Assembly: GCA_016845225.1 (NCBI GenBank)
Contig: JAERTB010000005.1
Coordinates: 9,644 to 73,643, forward strand
Source of the DNA: Candidatus Woesearchaeota archaeon
Lineage (GTDB): Archaea; Nanobdellota; Nanobdellia; SCGC-AAA011-G17; UBA489
Length of the DNA: 64,000 nt
Reading direction: 5' to 3'
The translations under genes were made by a program, and so were the position numbers. This document shows, in pieces, positions 55,007 to 64,000 of the stretch; positions within the stretch are counted from its first letter, which is position 1, and each line of letters opens with the position of its first letter. The notes beneath the pieces are model-generated. The model saw nothing but the letters and a program-made list of their open reading frames with translations, had not been told where the DNA came from and did no database searches.

Positions 55007-55926
55007 TGTTTAACTTCCTTTGTTTTCTTTGTAACTTTTTTTACAACTTTTTTTACTGTTTTTTTTGCAACCTTCTTAACAACTTTCTTTGTTTTAGGTT
55101 TTTCTTCTTTTTTTGAAATTGATTTGTAAAATAGGTTTTCTTTTTCCATTGTTTTTACTGCTTCTTCTGTGAATAATGTTAATCTTCCAGGATTTCCTCC
55201 AGGAGCTAATACCATTACATTTAGATTTTTAACCAAACAAACATCAACACCCAATAAATTTGATGCTGCATCAAATAAAGGACACTCTTTTGAAACAACT
55301 ATTAACGGCCCTCTTTTGGTCCTATATTTTCTGTTTCTCATCTTTCCTCTTCCTGCTCTAACTTTTCTTTTAGAAACTCTTTTCATTTCTTCTGATAAGT
55401 TTAATTTTGTAAGTAGAGTTGCAACATCTTTTGTTTTTGAAATTGCTTCTGCTTTAGAATCGATTACAGAGATTAATTCTGAAAATCTGTGGCCTCTTGC
55501 CTTTACAATGTCAGGAATTATTGTTGAAGAGATTGCTGAACGGATTGCAAATCTTCTTTCATTTTTATTTATTTTTTGTGAAAAATCTTTTGTTGCTTTT
55601 GCTGGATGTGCTCTTCTTCCAGATACGGTTCCTGGTGCAAACGCTCCAACATATGCGAATTGGGTTCCTCTCTTCCATAAGAATTTTCTAGGAACACGAG
55701 AAATACCTCTACCATATGAAGATTTGATTTTTTTACGTCTTCTAGATAGTTCTGCTGCTGCTCTGATACCTGCACCAACGAAAGCCCCTGCTCTTTGACG
55801 TAAATTTCCTTCAATTACTTCATTTGCTTTTTTGATAATATCTGGACGAATTGATTCAGTAAACTGTTTAGGTAGGTTGATTGAAGATCCCTTCTTTCCA
55901 TCCACTCCATAAATGTCTGCTTTCAT
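55003..55926 (-). CDS. rpl4: 50S ribosomal protein L4 (uL4) with KKVVKK tail
   Basis: uL4 core. Tail KKVVKKVAKKTVKKVVKKVTKK. Confidence 0.85.
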   Translation of the reverse strand: MKADIYGVDGKKGSSINLPKQFTESIRPDIIKKANEVIEGNLRQRAGAFVGAGIRAAAELSRRRKKIKSSYGRGISRVPRKFLWKRGTQFAYVGAFAPGTVSGRRAHPAKATKDFSQKINKNERRFAIRSAISSTIIPDIVKARGHRFSELISVIDSKAEAISKTKDVATLLTKLNLSEEMKRVSKRKVRAGRGKMRNRKYRTKRGPLIVVSKECPLFDAASNLLGVDVCLVKNLNVMVLAPGGNPGRLTLFTEEAVKTMEKENLFYKSISKKEEKPKTKKVVKKVAKKTVKKVVKKVTKKTKEVKQ

Positions 55927-55927
55927 T

Positions 55928-56887
55928 TTACTGTTTGTTCTCCGTACTTATTTTTACAATTTCGAATGATTCTGGTTTTTTTGTTTTTCTCATTGGCACA
56001 GTCATTAATACTGGCCTTTTAGCTGCTCCACCAATTGAACCTTTTATTAATACAGCTTCACCTTTTATGTTTCCGTAGTGTTTTATTCCACCTTTTTGAT
56101 TTACATCTTCTGCTTTAACGGATTTTAAAACTAATTTATTATACTCTGTTCTTTGATGGTAACCCATTTTTCCTGCGTGAGCCAATTGTCCCGCCATAAC
56201 TCTTTTAGGTGTCCATGCCCCTAAAGCTCCAGGACCTCTTTTGGTCTTTTCTGATTTATGTTGTCTAACTTTAACACCATATCTTTTAACTGGACCTTGG
56301 AAACCTTTACCTTTAGTTACTGAATGAACATCAATTAATTGTCCATCATCAAAAATTTCTGAAAATGAAAGTGTATCTTTTGCTAATAGCTCTTGAGCCT
56401 TAGTTACTTTTTCTGCCAAATCTCTTCCACCAATGCTCATTTCGAAAACATGAGGAGTTTTATTTCCTGTAGGTGTTTCTTGAGGTTGGGTATGCACTGT
56501 AAATCTTACATCGGTAAATTCTCCTTCTTTTGGAAGATCTGCAGATTTTCCAGTTTTGATAGATTTGTGAACTTTTTTAGCAAAAATTTCTGCAATAATT
56601 TTCTTGCAAATGATATTTTTTTTGTAAAAACGAATAGAAACAGGTTTTATTTTTGGACAATCAACGATTGTCACTGGAATTGTGATAATTTGGGATTTTG
56701 TCATAGAAGTCGGATTATTATCTCTTACTTGGACATGAGTCATCCCTGCCTTGTATCCTAAAAATGCCAAAGGCTTGCTTTCATTTGATGCTCCGTAGTT
56801 TCTAACCCTAGCTACAATGTTCTTAGCTCTCTTTCTAGGCCAGAACTGTTTACTTCCTCTCCTTGGATTATTGTCTACTTTTCCCAT
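55928..56887 (-). CDS. rpl3: 50S ribosomal protein L3 (uL3)
   Basis: 319 aa. First gene of the S10-like operon. Conserved uL3 blocks. Confidence 0.9.
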   Translation of the reverse strand: MGKVDNNPRRGSKQFWPRKRAKNIVARVRNYGASNESKPLAFLGYKAGMTHVQVRDNNPTSMTKSQIITIPVTIVDCPKIKPVSIRFYKKNIICKKIIAEIFAKKVHKSIKTGKSADLPKEGEFTDVRFTVHTQPQETPTGNKTPHVFEMSIGGRDLAEKVTKAQELLAKDTLSFSEIFDDGQLIDVHSVTKGKGFQGPVKRYGVKVRQHKSEKTKRGPGALGAWTPKRVMAGQLAHAGKMGYHQRTEYNKLVLKSVKAEDVNQKGGIKHYGNIKGEAVLIKGSIGGAAKRPVLMTVPMRKTKKPESFEIVKISTENKQ

Positions 56888-56988
56888 TTTGTATATTTTG
56901 CTTGTTTACGGTTTTTAACCTTTACTATATTTTTTATTTTTTTGAGATTTCACTCTCTAGAATCAGCGACTATATATTAGGCTTACAT

Positions 56989-57014
56989 GGTCCTTTCGGA
57001 CTATCCTTTCGGAC
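56989..57014. promoter_or_regulatory. Two tandem mini-hairpins (GTCC-TTTC-GGAC, TCC-TTTC-GGA) in the leader/divergent region between rpl3 and the histone gene
   Basis: Read directly (ggtcctttcggactatcctttcggac). TATA-like atatataaag at about 57063. Confidence 0.3.
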
Positions 57015-57141
57015 ATAACGGTTTTTTTATTTCAGTAGGGAATCATTTTGTCGAGTTGTGAATATATAAAGTTAACTGATTAAAGAAAACCTTATAAATC
57101 TCTTTAATTTCAAAAATAAAGACAAAAAGGAGGTTATTTTA

Positions 57142-57351
57142 ATGACAAGGTCTATTTTACCCTTAGCGGCAATGGAAAAACTATTGAAACAGGCAGGTGC
57201 TCCCAGAGTAAGTGAAGAAGCAAAGGAAGCATTAAAAGACATATTAGAGGCATATTCTCAAGAATTGGGGAAAAAAGCAGTTAAGTTTTCAGCACATTCT
57301 GGAAGAAAAACTATTAAAGCTTCAGATGTGAGGTTAGCAAGTAATCACTAA
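57142..57351 (+). CDS. Archaeal histone (HMf-like)
   Basis: 69 aa. LPLAAMEKLLKQAGAPRVSEEA ... HSGRKTIKASDV matches the archaeal histone fold. Confidence 0.9.
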   Translation: MTRSILPLAAMEKLLKQAGAPRVSEEAKEALKDILEAYSQELGKKAVKFSAHSGRKTIKASDVRLASNH

Positions 57352-57410
57352 CCACAACTTTTTTAAAGAAGTAATGTTTAGAACATATATATTATATACA
57401 TCTAATCAAA

Positions 57411-57779
57411 ATGACAAATAAAAAGCCAAAGAAAACATACCCAACTTATCTTAAAGGACAATGGTGCAGAATTAACGGCGAATGGAAATTAGTAGATGTT
57501 AATGCAAAAGGTATTGATCAATTACTTAAAGCACACCCTACAAAAAAATCCACAGCACCAGAATATTCTGATGCAGACTATATGAGATCTGGATGCAAAA
57601 ATTTAGAAGAAAGCCTATTAGTTGAATATGCCGAATCTTTGAAATGCAGAACTTATGATTTGTTAGACTTCGCATATGGTGGAGAATTTTGCAAACATGA
57701 TGACAATTATCAGACAAAAGCAATAGATATACTATATGGTGCAGGATTAATTACAGATAGTGACGAAGTGGAATATTAA
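57411..57779 (+). CDS. Hypothetical protein
   Basis: 122 aa, no motif. Confidence 0.3.
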   Translation: MTNKKPKKTYPTYLKGQWCRINGEWKLVDVNAKGIDQLLKAHPTKKSTAPEYSDADYMRSGCKNLEESLLVEYAESLKCRTYDLLDFAYGGEFCKHDDNYQTKAIDILYGAGLITDSDEVEY

Positions 57780-58210
57780 TTCCCCTTCATCTTCTTTGTA
57801 ATATTAATTTTTTCCTTACATTTTTCACATAAAAATTGTAAAGCTTTTGCTGAAGATTTTTTTCCAGTTTCTTCATCAATTATTTGTACTGTTTTTCTTT
57901 TGTAAGGAATTTCAGCTTCAGCTTCATGAATGCAATTTGGACAAGTATATATAATACACGCATTTAAACTTTCTTCATGTTCTTTTTTTTCTTCAGTGAA
58001 ACTACAGTTTAGACAAACGTATTCTTTAGCTCTTATTTTTGGTTTACCTGTTTTTGGATCTCTTGGCTTAGCCATCACTCCATCTTTACATTTAGGACAA
58101 GTTTTTTTGAATACCCATGCCTTGGTTTTTCCTTTTCCTTTAGATCTGTTTGTAAAATAAATGCACTCATCCATTGATTTTGGTTTTTTTAATGTCAATT
58201 TATTGTTCAC
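57776..58210 (-). CDS. Multi-zinc-ribbon protein (four CxxC pairs)
   Basis: 144 aa. CPKCKDG, CLNCSF, CPNCIHE, CEKCKEK. Confidence 0.35.
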   Translation of the reverse strand: MNNKLTLKKPKSMDECIYFTNRSKGKGKTKAWVFKKTCPKCKDGVMAKPRDPKTGKPKIRAKEYVCLNCSFTEEKKEHEESLNACIIYTCPNCIHEAEAEIPYKRKTVQIIDEETGKKSSAKALQFLCEKCKEKINITKKMKGN

Positions 58211-58228
58211 CTCTTAATTTATTTTTAG

Positions 58229-58303
58229 CGCTCCCTCCGGGATTTGAACCCGAGTTCTTGCCGTGAGAGGGCAAAGTGATAGACCGGACTACACTAAAGG
58301 AGC
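58229..58303 (-). tRNA. tRNA-Glu (anticodon CTC)
   Basis: Manual fold of the reverse complement. Acceptor GCTCCTT/AGGGAGC, anticodon stem TTGCC/GGCAA with loop CTCTCAC, T-arm TCGGG-TTCAAAT-CCCGG. 75 nt. Confidence 0.85.
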
Positions 58304-58338
58304 CTAATCTAATTTTAGTTTTTTTCTTTTTTTAAGTT

Positions 58339-58411
58339 TAGCCCTGCCAGGATTTGAACCTGGGTCCCGAGGCCCAGAACCTCATGTGCTAGACCACTAC
58401 ACTACAGGGCT
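58339..58411 (-). tRNA. tRNA-Gln (anticodon CTG)
   Basis: Manual fold. Acceptor AGCCCTG/CAGGGCT (A1:U72), D-arm GTGT-AGTGGTCTA-GCAC, anticodon loop TTCTGGG, T-arm CCAGG-TTCAAAT-CCTGG. 73 nt. Confidence 0.85.
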
Positions 58412-58488
58412 TTGTTACTATGACAATGATTTTATTTTTAATTGTTTTTATTAGTAAAGTTTAATAATAGAAATTCTTAAATTAAATT

Positions 58489-58818
58489 ATGACTGAAGTT
58501 AATTTTGAAGATTGGATGAAGCTAGATTTAAGAGTTGGAAAAATCTTAGAGGCGGAATTACATCCTGATGCAGATAAGCTTTATGTAATAAAAGTAGATA
58601 TTGGAGAAGAAACTCCTAGAACAATTGTTTCTGGATTAAGGGACCATTATGAGCTTGAAGAATTAAAAGATAAAAAGATAATTGTTTTTGCAAATTTAAA
58701 ACCTGCAAAATTAAGAGGCATCATGAGTGAAGGAATGTTGCTTGCTGCAGGAAAAGACGATAAGTGTGTTTTATTGGATCTAGAAAAAGATATTGAAGTA
58801 GGATCTAAAATTAGTTAA
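58489..58818 (+). CDS. tRNA-binding domain protein (Trbp111/CsaA/EMAP-II-like OB fold)
   Basis: 109 aa. DLRVGKILEAELHPDADKLYVIKVDIGEE...IVSGL matches the MetRS C-terminal tRNA-binding arm. Confidence 0.8.
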   Translation: MTEVNFEDWMKLDLRVGKILEAELHPDADKLYVIKVDIGEETPRTIVSGLRDHYELEELKDKKIIVFANLKPAKLRGIMSEGMLLAAGKDDKCVLLDLEKDIEVGSKIS

Positions 58819-59429
58819 TCTTCTTCGTCATTTAACATTAATGAGAAACCAATTACTTTATTTTTTCTTACTATGAAATCTAATCCCATTTCTTCATATC
58901 TTAGTAATCTAATTATTAATGCAGAATCTTTCTTAATTGGCATGAATAATGTATCTTCGGGAATTCCAAACTTTTGATACAATTCTGATTTTGAATAAAT
59001 TTTAGCAGTTTCACCAACTAGTTTTTCATTGAAAGGTGTTCTTATTGTGATTGATCTTATAATTCCATTATCTAGAGAAATAATTATTCCTGCCTCATCT
59101 AATCCCAGGGATGTTGAATATTCCCAACTTGAAACTCCTCCGGAGAAATCTGTTTGAAGGTCTGGATTCCCTAATTTTTCTAATAATTTTTTAGTTCTAT
59201 CTCCTACTGAAATGCCCATTACAGAAACATTATTTGCATTAAACGATTCTAATGAAAATATATCAAATTCAGTAACTTCATATTTGTCTACTATAGTTTC
59301 TTCTACAGATTTCATACTATTAAAAATAGAAAATATAGAAAATATTAGTGCCAGTAGAATTAAAGTTACTGCTACTTTGTTCTTTTCTTTTTTAATCTTT
59401 TTCGTGAATTTTTTTATGAATTTTTTCAT
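58815..59429 (-). CDS. Membrane-anchored hypothetical protein
   Basis: Start placed at MKKFIKK, because the upstream ORF extension runs through tRNA-Ile. Lysine-rich N-terminus plus TM. Confidence 0.35.
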   Translation of the reverse strand: MKKFIKKFTKKIKKEKNKVAVTLILLALIFSIFSIFNSMKSVEETIVDKYEVTEFDIFSLESFNANNVSVMGISVGDRTKKLLEKLGNPDLQTDFSGGVSSWEYSTSLGLDEAGIIISLDNGIIRSITIRTPFNEKLVGETAKIYSKSELYQKFGIPEDTLFMPIKKDSALIIRLLRYEEMGLDFIVRKNKVIGFSLMLNDEED

Positions 59430-59440
59430 TTTATTGCAAG

Positions 59441-59515
59441 TGAGCCCGAACGGATTTGAACCGTCGACCTCTCGATTATCAGTCGAGTGCTCCAACCAGA
59501 CTAAGCTACGGGCTC
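59441..59515 (-). tRNA. tRNA-Ile (anticodon GAT)
   Basis: Manual fold. Acceptor GAGCCCG/CGGGCTC, anticodon stem CTCGA/TCGAG with loop CTGATAA, T-arm GACGG-TTCAAAT-CCGTT. 75 nt. Confidence 0.9.
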
Positions 59516-59581
59516 TTAACAATTAATAAGTTTTGAATCGATTTATAAGATTTTCTAGCGTCTAAATTATTGATTAATATG

Positions 59582-59654
59582 CGTCCCGGGAAGGATTTGA
59601 ACCTTCGACCTCACGGTTAACAGCCGTGTGCTCTAACCACTGAGCTACCGAGAC
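59582..59654 (-). tRNA. tRNA-Asn (anticodon GTT)
   Basis: Manual fold. Acceptor GTCTCGG/CCGGGAC, D-arm GCTC-AGTGGTTA-GAGC, anticodon loop CTGTTAA, T-arm GAAGG-TTCAAAT-CCTTC. 73 nt. Confidence 0.9.
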
Positions 59655-59854
59655 AATAGTAAAAGATTCAAATTAGTTTGTTTAAAAGATTTTCCACAAG
59701 ACTTATATCTTTTCTAGGGCATTAAATAATCGTGATAGGGATGATATTTGGAGGAATTTTTGGGGTTGTTCCTGAAAATTTTGGAAGTTTTCAGATTTTG
59801 TTTGGATTTTTGATTTTATTATTTGGTTTGCTTATTAATTCTTGGAAAAATTAA

Positions 59855-60766
59855 TTATCTGGATAGGATAAACCAAATTCCCAAAATAATTACTACTACT
59901 GCTAAAAAGCCGAATACAATATTTTTTGCTGCATCTTCATTTGAAAAAAATTCTTGAAAAAAACCTAACTCCTCAGGTGATTTTTCTTTGACTGGTCCAG
60001 GTAAAGGAATTATTTCTTCTTTTGTTTCAGATTTACAACAGCAGGATTTATCTCCAGCACAATATCTTAATCCTTTATTGACTTCTCCTGGCTCACAAAT
60101 GTTTACATTCGGGTTAGTAGGAATTTCCCTACAAAAAGATGCGACATATCCTTCTTCATTGCAGATATCGTTGCAAGTTTTTTTATTGCAATCTGGAAAA
60201 CAGATAAATGATTCTCCTGGCTCACAAATACCATCTCCACAAACAAATTCATTTTCTTCTTTTGCTTTATCAATTGTTAATTCTGCAGAAGTTAAGGTTT
60301 CTCCGGAGATTACAATAAATGAATAATCTTTTAATTCTTGATAATCTGGATAATCTCTCAAGATTATTCCTGCCCTTCTTCTATCGTTTGGATTTGTTCC
60401 AGTAATAATTAAATTATTTCCATCAACTTTTACAATTGCTTGATTTTCCTCATAAGGCCATTCTTCGCAAGGATAACCAAATACGGATTCCAAATAAACA
60501 CTTCCACAATACGGTCCGACGTAAATTTTTGGAAGAGAATCGCTGATTTCTCCATCCAAAACTGTTTGAATCTCTAATTCATTGTGTTTTTGTAAACCTA
60601 GAACGATGTCTGTTGCCGCAGCAGTATCCCCTCCAACTGCTTCCTCTGCAAGTACAAGATAATAATATTGATCTACATCTTCTAAAGTTTCTGAAATAGA
60701 TTTTTCTGCTGAAACAAGTTGAGAAACTAGGAATACTGCCAGAAATAAAATTAATAACTTTTTCAT
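59855..60766 (-). CDS. Secreted Cys-rich surface protein with C-terminal TM anchor
   Basis: 303 aa. Signal peptide. C-terminal third has more than 20 Cys (CGDGICEPGESFICFPDCNKKTCNDICNEEGY...). Terminal TM. Confidence 0.4.
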   Translation of the reverse strand: MKKLLILFLAVFLVSQLVSAEKSISETLEDVDQYYYLVLAEEAVGGDTAAATDIVLGLQKHNELEIQTVLDGEISDSLPKIYVGPYCGSVYLESVFGYPCEEWPYEENQAIVKVDGNNLIITGTNPNDRRRAGIILRDYPDYQELKDYSFIVISGETLTSAELTIDKAKEENEFVCGDGICEPGESFICFPDCNKKTCNDICNEEGYVASFCREIPTNPNVNICEPGEVNKGLRYCAGDKSCCCKSETKEEIIPLPGPVKEKSPEELGFFQEFFSNEDAAKNIVFGFLAVVVIILGIWFILSR

Positions 60767-60767
60767 T

Positions 60768-61760
60768 TTAAAATGTTTGAAAAATCATTTGCCCTTTAAG
60801 ATTTTTTTCAAGATATTCTTTTGCTTTTTTTGTTGAATCTCCTGTTGTAAGGAATAATGTTTGTTTTTTTTGATTTTGTCCTTTTTGGTGTGCGATCATT
60901 AAGTCTTGATCGTTGATTTTCTTTTTATTTTTTGCACAGACAAATAATTCTATTGGGCCAAGTTGTGATGAAATCTTTATTATGAAATTGGATTCTGAAT
61001 TTTTTCTTACTACCTCTTTTTCTAAAATTTTAATCTGTTTTTCTAAAAAGAAATTTTCTACTTTTTTTGAAAATTCATCTTCTTTATTTTGTTTTGGTTT
61101 GATTTCCTCTACTTTTGGTTTGATTTCCTCTACTTTTGGTTTGATTTCCTCTACTTTTGGTTTGATTTCCCCTACTTTTGGTTTGATTTCCCCTACTTTT
61201 GGTTTGATTTCCCCTACTTTTGGTTTGATTTCCGTTTGAATAGTTCTTTGAGATTCTTTAACAGGAGATCTTATTTCTGGTTTTGGAACGTTCTTTGCTA
61301 CAGGTTCTAAGTGCCACCTCCACGCTTGTTCTCCATTATAATTAAAAGGTATTGAGAAATCTATTAAATTTGCTAATGCAACTCTTTCAACTGGATCAAT
61401 TTCGGCCGCCTTTAAGATTTTTTTCTGTTTTAACATATCATATGCTTTTTTTTCTGCTTCATGTAAATGATCATAAAGTATTGAAAGTTTTTCTTCTTGT
61501 CCTGGAAGGTAATATAATTTAGAACCTCCAATTTTCGCGTGACTTAACTTTATTCTTTTAGATTTAAGTAATTCTGTAAGCACTGCTCCAATAAAATAAG
61601 ATTCCCTTCCAACTCCTTGGGCAATTTTTGCAGGAAAAGATGGTCCTGCTGTTGATAAAAATTGAAATACTTGTTCTTTTAGAGAAATTGAAGGTTTTTG
61701 TGGAGAGACCACCTTAGGTTTAGATTGCATATTACCACCTTTAGAACTTAATTCGAACAT
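60768..61760 (-). CDS. Hypothetical protein with possible N-terminal winged-helix and 7x heptad (PKV[GE]EIK) tandem repeat
   Basis: 330 aa. The central repeat is encoded by a 21-bp tandem DNA repeat. Confidence 0.35.
   Translation of the reverse strand: MFELSSKGGNMQSKPKVVSPQKPSISLKEQVFQFLSTAGPSFPAKIAQGVGRESYFIGAVLTELLKSKRIKLSHAKIGGSKLYYLPGQEEKLSILYDHLHEAEKKAYDMLKQKKILKAAEIDPVERVALANLIDFSIPFNYNGEQAWRWHLEPVAKNVPKPEIRSPVKESQRTIQTEIKPKVGEIKPKVGEIKPKVGEIKPKVEEIKPKVEEIKPKVEEIKPKQNKEDEFSKKVENFFLEKQIKILEKEVVRKNSESNFIIKISSQLGPIELFVCAKNKKKINDQDLMIAHQKGQNQKKQTLFLTTGDSTKKAKEYLEKNLKGQMIFQTF
61090..61245. repeat. 21-bp tandem repeat x7 (ttggtttgatttcc[tc]ctactt)
   Basis: Read directly. First 3 copies carry cct, last 4 carry ccc. 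In-frame coding repeat. Confidence 0.9.
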
Positions 61761-61810
61761 AATCTAAATTTGAATAATAAGTATTTAAGTTTTATTAAGT
61801 TCTAGCCATT

Positions 61811-62338
61811 TTATGGCTTTTTCCAAGCAATTTCATAATAAGTTACATCGTCTTCATTATCTACAATTGCCATAAGAAGATTCTTTCTTGTTGAGTGCGA
61901 TACTCTATTTTTTGCTGAAAAGTCATGCCAAGTTAATGTATTTGACTCGTGTACTGGAAAAACAATCCATTTTGCATGGTCTTCCCCAGGCTTTATTCCC
62001 TTATCATATACTCTGAAGTCTGCACCAAATTTAAGTGCTGTTTTTACAATGTATCCTCTGGATCTTAAATCCTTGAATACTGCGTACCTTATCCAAAATT
62101 TTTTATCTATTCTTCTTGACTTTTTTATGAATTCTTCAGCAGATAGCTCTTTTTTTCCTGAAAAAACTTTTAGTTTATTAGATTCTAGCAAGTATAGTGC
62201 TTCTTGAAGAGAATATTTGAATTTGCCAGATTTTAATTCTCCAACCCTAGTTTTATCATAAAGATTTCTTGAAGTAGGATTATCTAATACTGTAATTCCT
62301 TCTTCTGCGAATATCCCTTCTAATTTAGCCCTTACCAT
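61811..62338 (-). CDS. endA: tRNA-splicing endonuclease EndA
   Basis: 175 aa. C-terminal catalytic domain GYIVKTALKFGADFRVY...H...K. Confidence 0.8.
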   Translation of the reverse strand: MVRAKLEGIFAEEGITVLDNPTSRNLYDKTRVGELKSGKFKYSLQEALYLLESNKLKVFSGKKELSAEEFIKKSRRIDKKFWIRYAVFKDLRSRGYIVKTALKFGADFRVYDKGIKPGEDHAKWIVFPVHESNTLTWHDFSAKNRVSHSTRKNLLMAIVDNEDDVTYYEIAWKKP

Positions 62339-62397
62339 ACTCTCTTTAAAAAAGAACTATTTATAAAAGCGTTTGGGTAATGAGATTTATGGTAAAA

Positions 62398-63300
62398 ATG
62401 AAAGTAACTTTTTTGGGAACCTCTTCAATGACCCCTACTAAGACTAGAGGACAGAGCGGAATTTATGTAGACTGTGGTAAAGAAAAAATACTTTTAGATT
62501 GTGGAGAGAATATCCAAAGGCAAATGAGAATTATTGGCATATCTCCTCCAAAAACTACAAGGGTTTTTATTTCTCATTGGCATGGAGATCATGTTTTTGG
62601 TTTGCCAGGACTATTAGAAAATATAGCTAAAAATGCATTTGAAAAAAAAATAGAAATATATGGGAATGCTGAAGTTAAAAAAAGATTAAAGCAATTAGTA
62701 AAAGCATTTGATTTAAACCATAAACTAAAAATTAATTTTAATCTTATTGAAAAAAATGGGATTTTCTTAAAAACTGATGACCATGAATTTGGCGCTTATT
62801 TGTTGAAACATGGAACTCCTTGTTTAGGATATTATGTAAAAGAAAAAGATAAGATTTGTGTAGATAAAACTAAAATGAAGAAGGCAGGATTACCTAGCGG
62901 ACCAATTATTAGTAAAATAAAAAATAAAAAAGATGTTACATTTAAAGGTAAAAAGATTAAATGGAAAGATGTTACATATCTAAAAGAAGGTAAAAAAATT
63001 ACAGTAATTCTAGATACTGGAATTTGTAGAAATGCAATTAATTTAGCAAAAAATTCTGATTTGCTTATCTGTGAATCTACTTATCTTGATGAAAAAAAGG
63101 AAAATGCAATTAAATACAACCATTTAACTTCTGGGCAATGTGGAGAAATTGCAACTAAATCTGGAACCAAAAAAGTAATACTTACTCATTTTAGTCAACG
63201 ATATGAAAAAGAAGATATTATTAAAATGAAAAAAGAAGTGAAAAAAGAATTCAGAGGCAAAGTAGATGCTGCTGAAGACTTTATGGTTGTAGAAGTTTAA
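62398..63300 (+). CDS. rnz: Ribonuclease Z (tRNA 3' endonuclease, metallo-beta-lactamase fold)
   Basis: Start at MKVTFLGTSS. HWHGDH motif, C-terminal ILTHFSQRY. Confidence 0.85.
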   Translation: MKVTFLGTSSMTPTKTRGQSGIYVDCGKEKILLDCGENIQRQMRIIGISPPKTTRVFISHWHGDHVFGLPGLLENIAKNAFEKKIEIYGNAEVKKRLKQLVKAFDLNHKLKINFNLIEKNGIFLKTDDHEFGAYLLKHGTPCLGYYVKEKDKICVDKTKMKKAGLPSGPIISKIKNKKDVTFKGKKIKWKDVTYLKEGKKITVILDTGICRNAINLAKNSDLLICESTYLDEKKENAIKYNHLTSGQCGEIATKSGTKKVILTHFSQRYEKEDIIKMKKEVKKEFRGKVDAAEDFMVVEV

Positions 63301-63965
63301 TTTTTCTTTATTGTTTTGTAAGTATTAAAGATAAATAATTGTGTCCATGCTGCAACACTGAAAAGTATTAATGAAGTTGCTGCTGAAATAAGATTTCCTA
63401 AAATTAAATTTTCTGAAACTGGAATTTTTGCTATTGAATAAAATACAATTATATTTAATGCTGCTATCATTAATGCTGCAAATAATACTTTTAACTTTGA
63501 TTTTTTGAAGAATTTGAATGAATTAACTAGTGTCTTTGTTGATGATTTATTTTCTATGAACAACATGGCTTCCCTATAGAAGATTGTTAGTGCTGTTCCT
63601 GCAAAGATGATTATTGGTAAGATTGTTGCCAATCTTAAGTAATTTGATACTAACAGAGAATAAACAATTAAAGATAATGTAAAAGCTAAAAGGAATACTA
63701 AAAATGCTAAAACTTTTAGAACAATTACTTTCCAATAAAATTTTTTTGAATCTTTGTAAGATGTGATTAGATTTAATTTTTTGTTCTTTGTGGCATTAAG
63801 TACCATATTAAGCTTGAATGCCTTTAATCTGGCACCAATGAAAAATGCTACTAATGCAAATAAAATTAAAGATCCTAGCACCTGTCCAAAATTAGCAAGA
63901 ACTATTGATTGAAGTTCAGATTCTGAAACTGAAAGAATTCCATTGTATTTTGCAAATAGATTCAT
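63297..63965 (-). CDS. Polytopic membrane hypothetical protein
   Basis: 222 aa, at least 5 TM helices, no motif. Confidence 0.3.
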   Translation of the reverse strand: MNLFAKYNGILSVSESELQSIVLANFGQVLGSLILFALVAFFIGARLKAFKLNMVLNATKNKKLNLITSYKDSKKFYWKVIVLKVLAFLVFLLAFTLSLIVYSLLVSNYLRLATILPIIIFAGTALTIFYREAMLFIENKSSTKTLVNSFKFFKKSKLKVLFAALMIAALNIIVFYSIAKIPVSENLILGNLISAATSLILFSVAAWTQLFIFNTYKTIKKN

Positions 63966-64000
63966 TAAAAATATAGTGATTATTACAAAAATTAAATCTG

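Overview
This is AT-rich (~30% GC) archaeal chromosomal DNA. Rare and lineage-specific traits point to a reduced-genome DPANN-type archaeon: a fused PriS-PriL primase, lysine-rich KKVVKK tails on many proteins, and no adk/cmk next to secY. Hallmark archaeal genes found are Orc1/Cdc6, histones, Alba, aIF5A, L40e, the SecE-Spt5-L11 and L37ae-RpoP-prefoldin-beta clusters, FtsZ plus SepF, Dph2, class-I LysRS, Hjc, EndA, RNase Z, and a near-complete S10/spc/SecY ribosomal-protein superoperon on the minus strand (42-57 kb). Seven tRNA genes were located by hand (Pro, Ala, Met/Ile2, Glu, Gln, Ile, Asn). Three short genes missed by the ORF track were recovered: L40e, SecE with a GTG start, and RpoP. 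The most interesting stretch is a ~9.1 kb accessory segment (22.9-32.0 kb). It is bounded by an 11-bp direct repeat and by imperfect inverted arrays of an ATGTGCA-containing motif. It carries an IS4/IS5-type DDE transposase, a tightly overlapping four-gene operon (NUDIX-GT2 fusion, GT2, APH-like kinase, P-loop kinase), an AbrB-like small protein with small membrane proteins, and a Dcm-type restriction-modification pair. A second accessory spot is a free-standing LAGLIDADG homing endonuclease gene with an N-terminal HTH. Its stop codon lies inside the 5' end of tRNA-Ala, and it is followed by a pol-beta-type nucleotidyltransferase. A 23-nt exact repeat spans the stop codons of two unrelated genes, one copy directly upstream of that endonuclease. 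Other oddities are tandem in-frame coding repeats (30 bp x ~8 and 21 bp x 7), a poly-Asp tail on Spt5, a cluster of large Cys-rich surface proteins, and tandem mini-hairpins in the ribosomal-protein operon leader.
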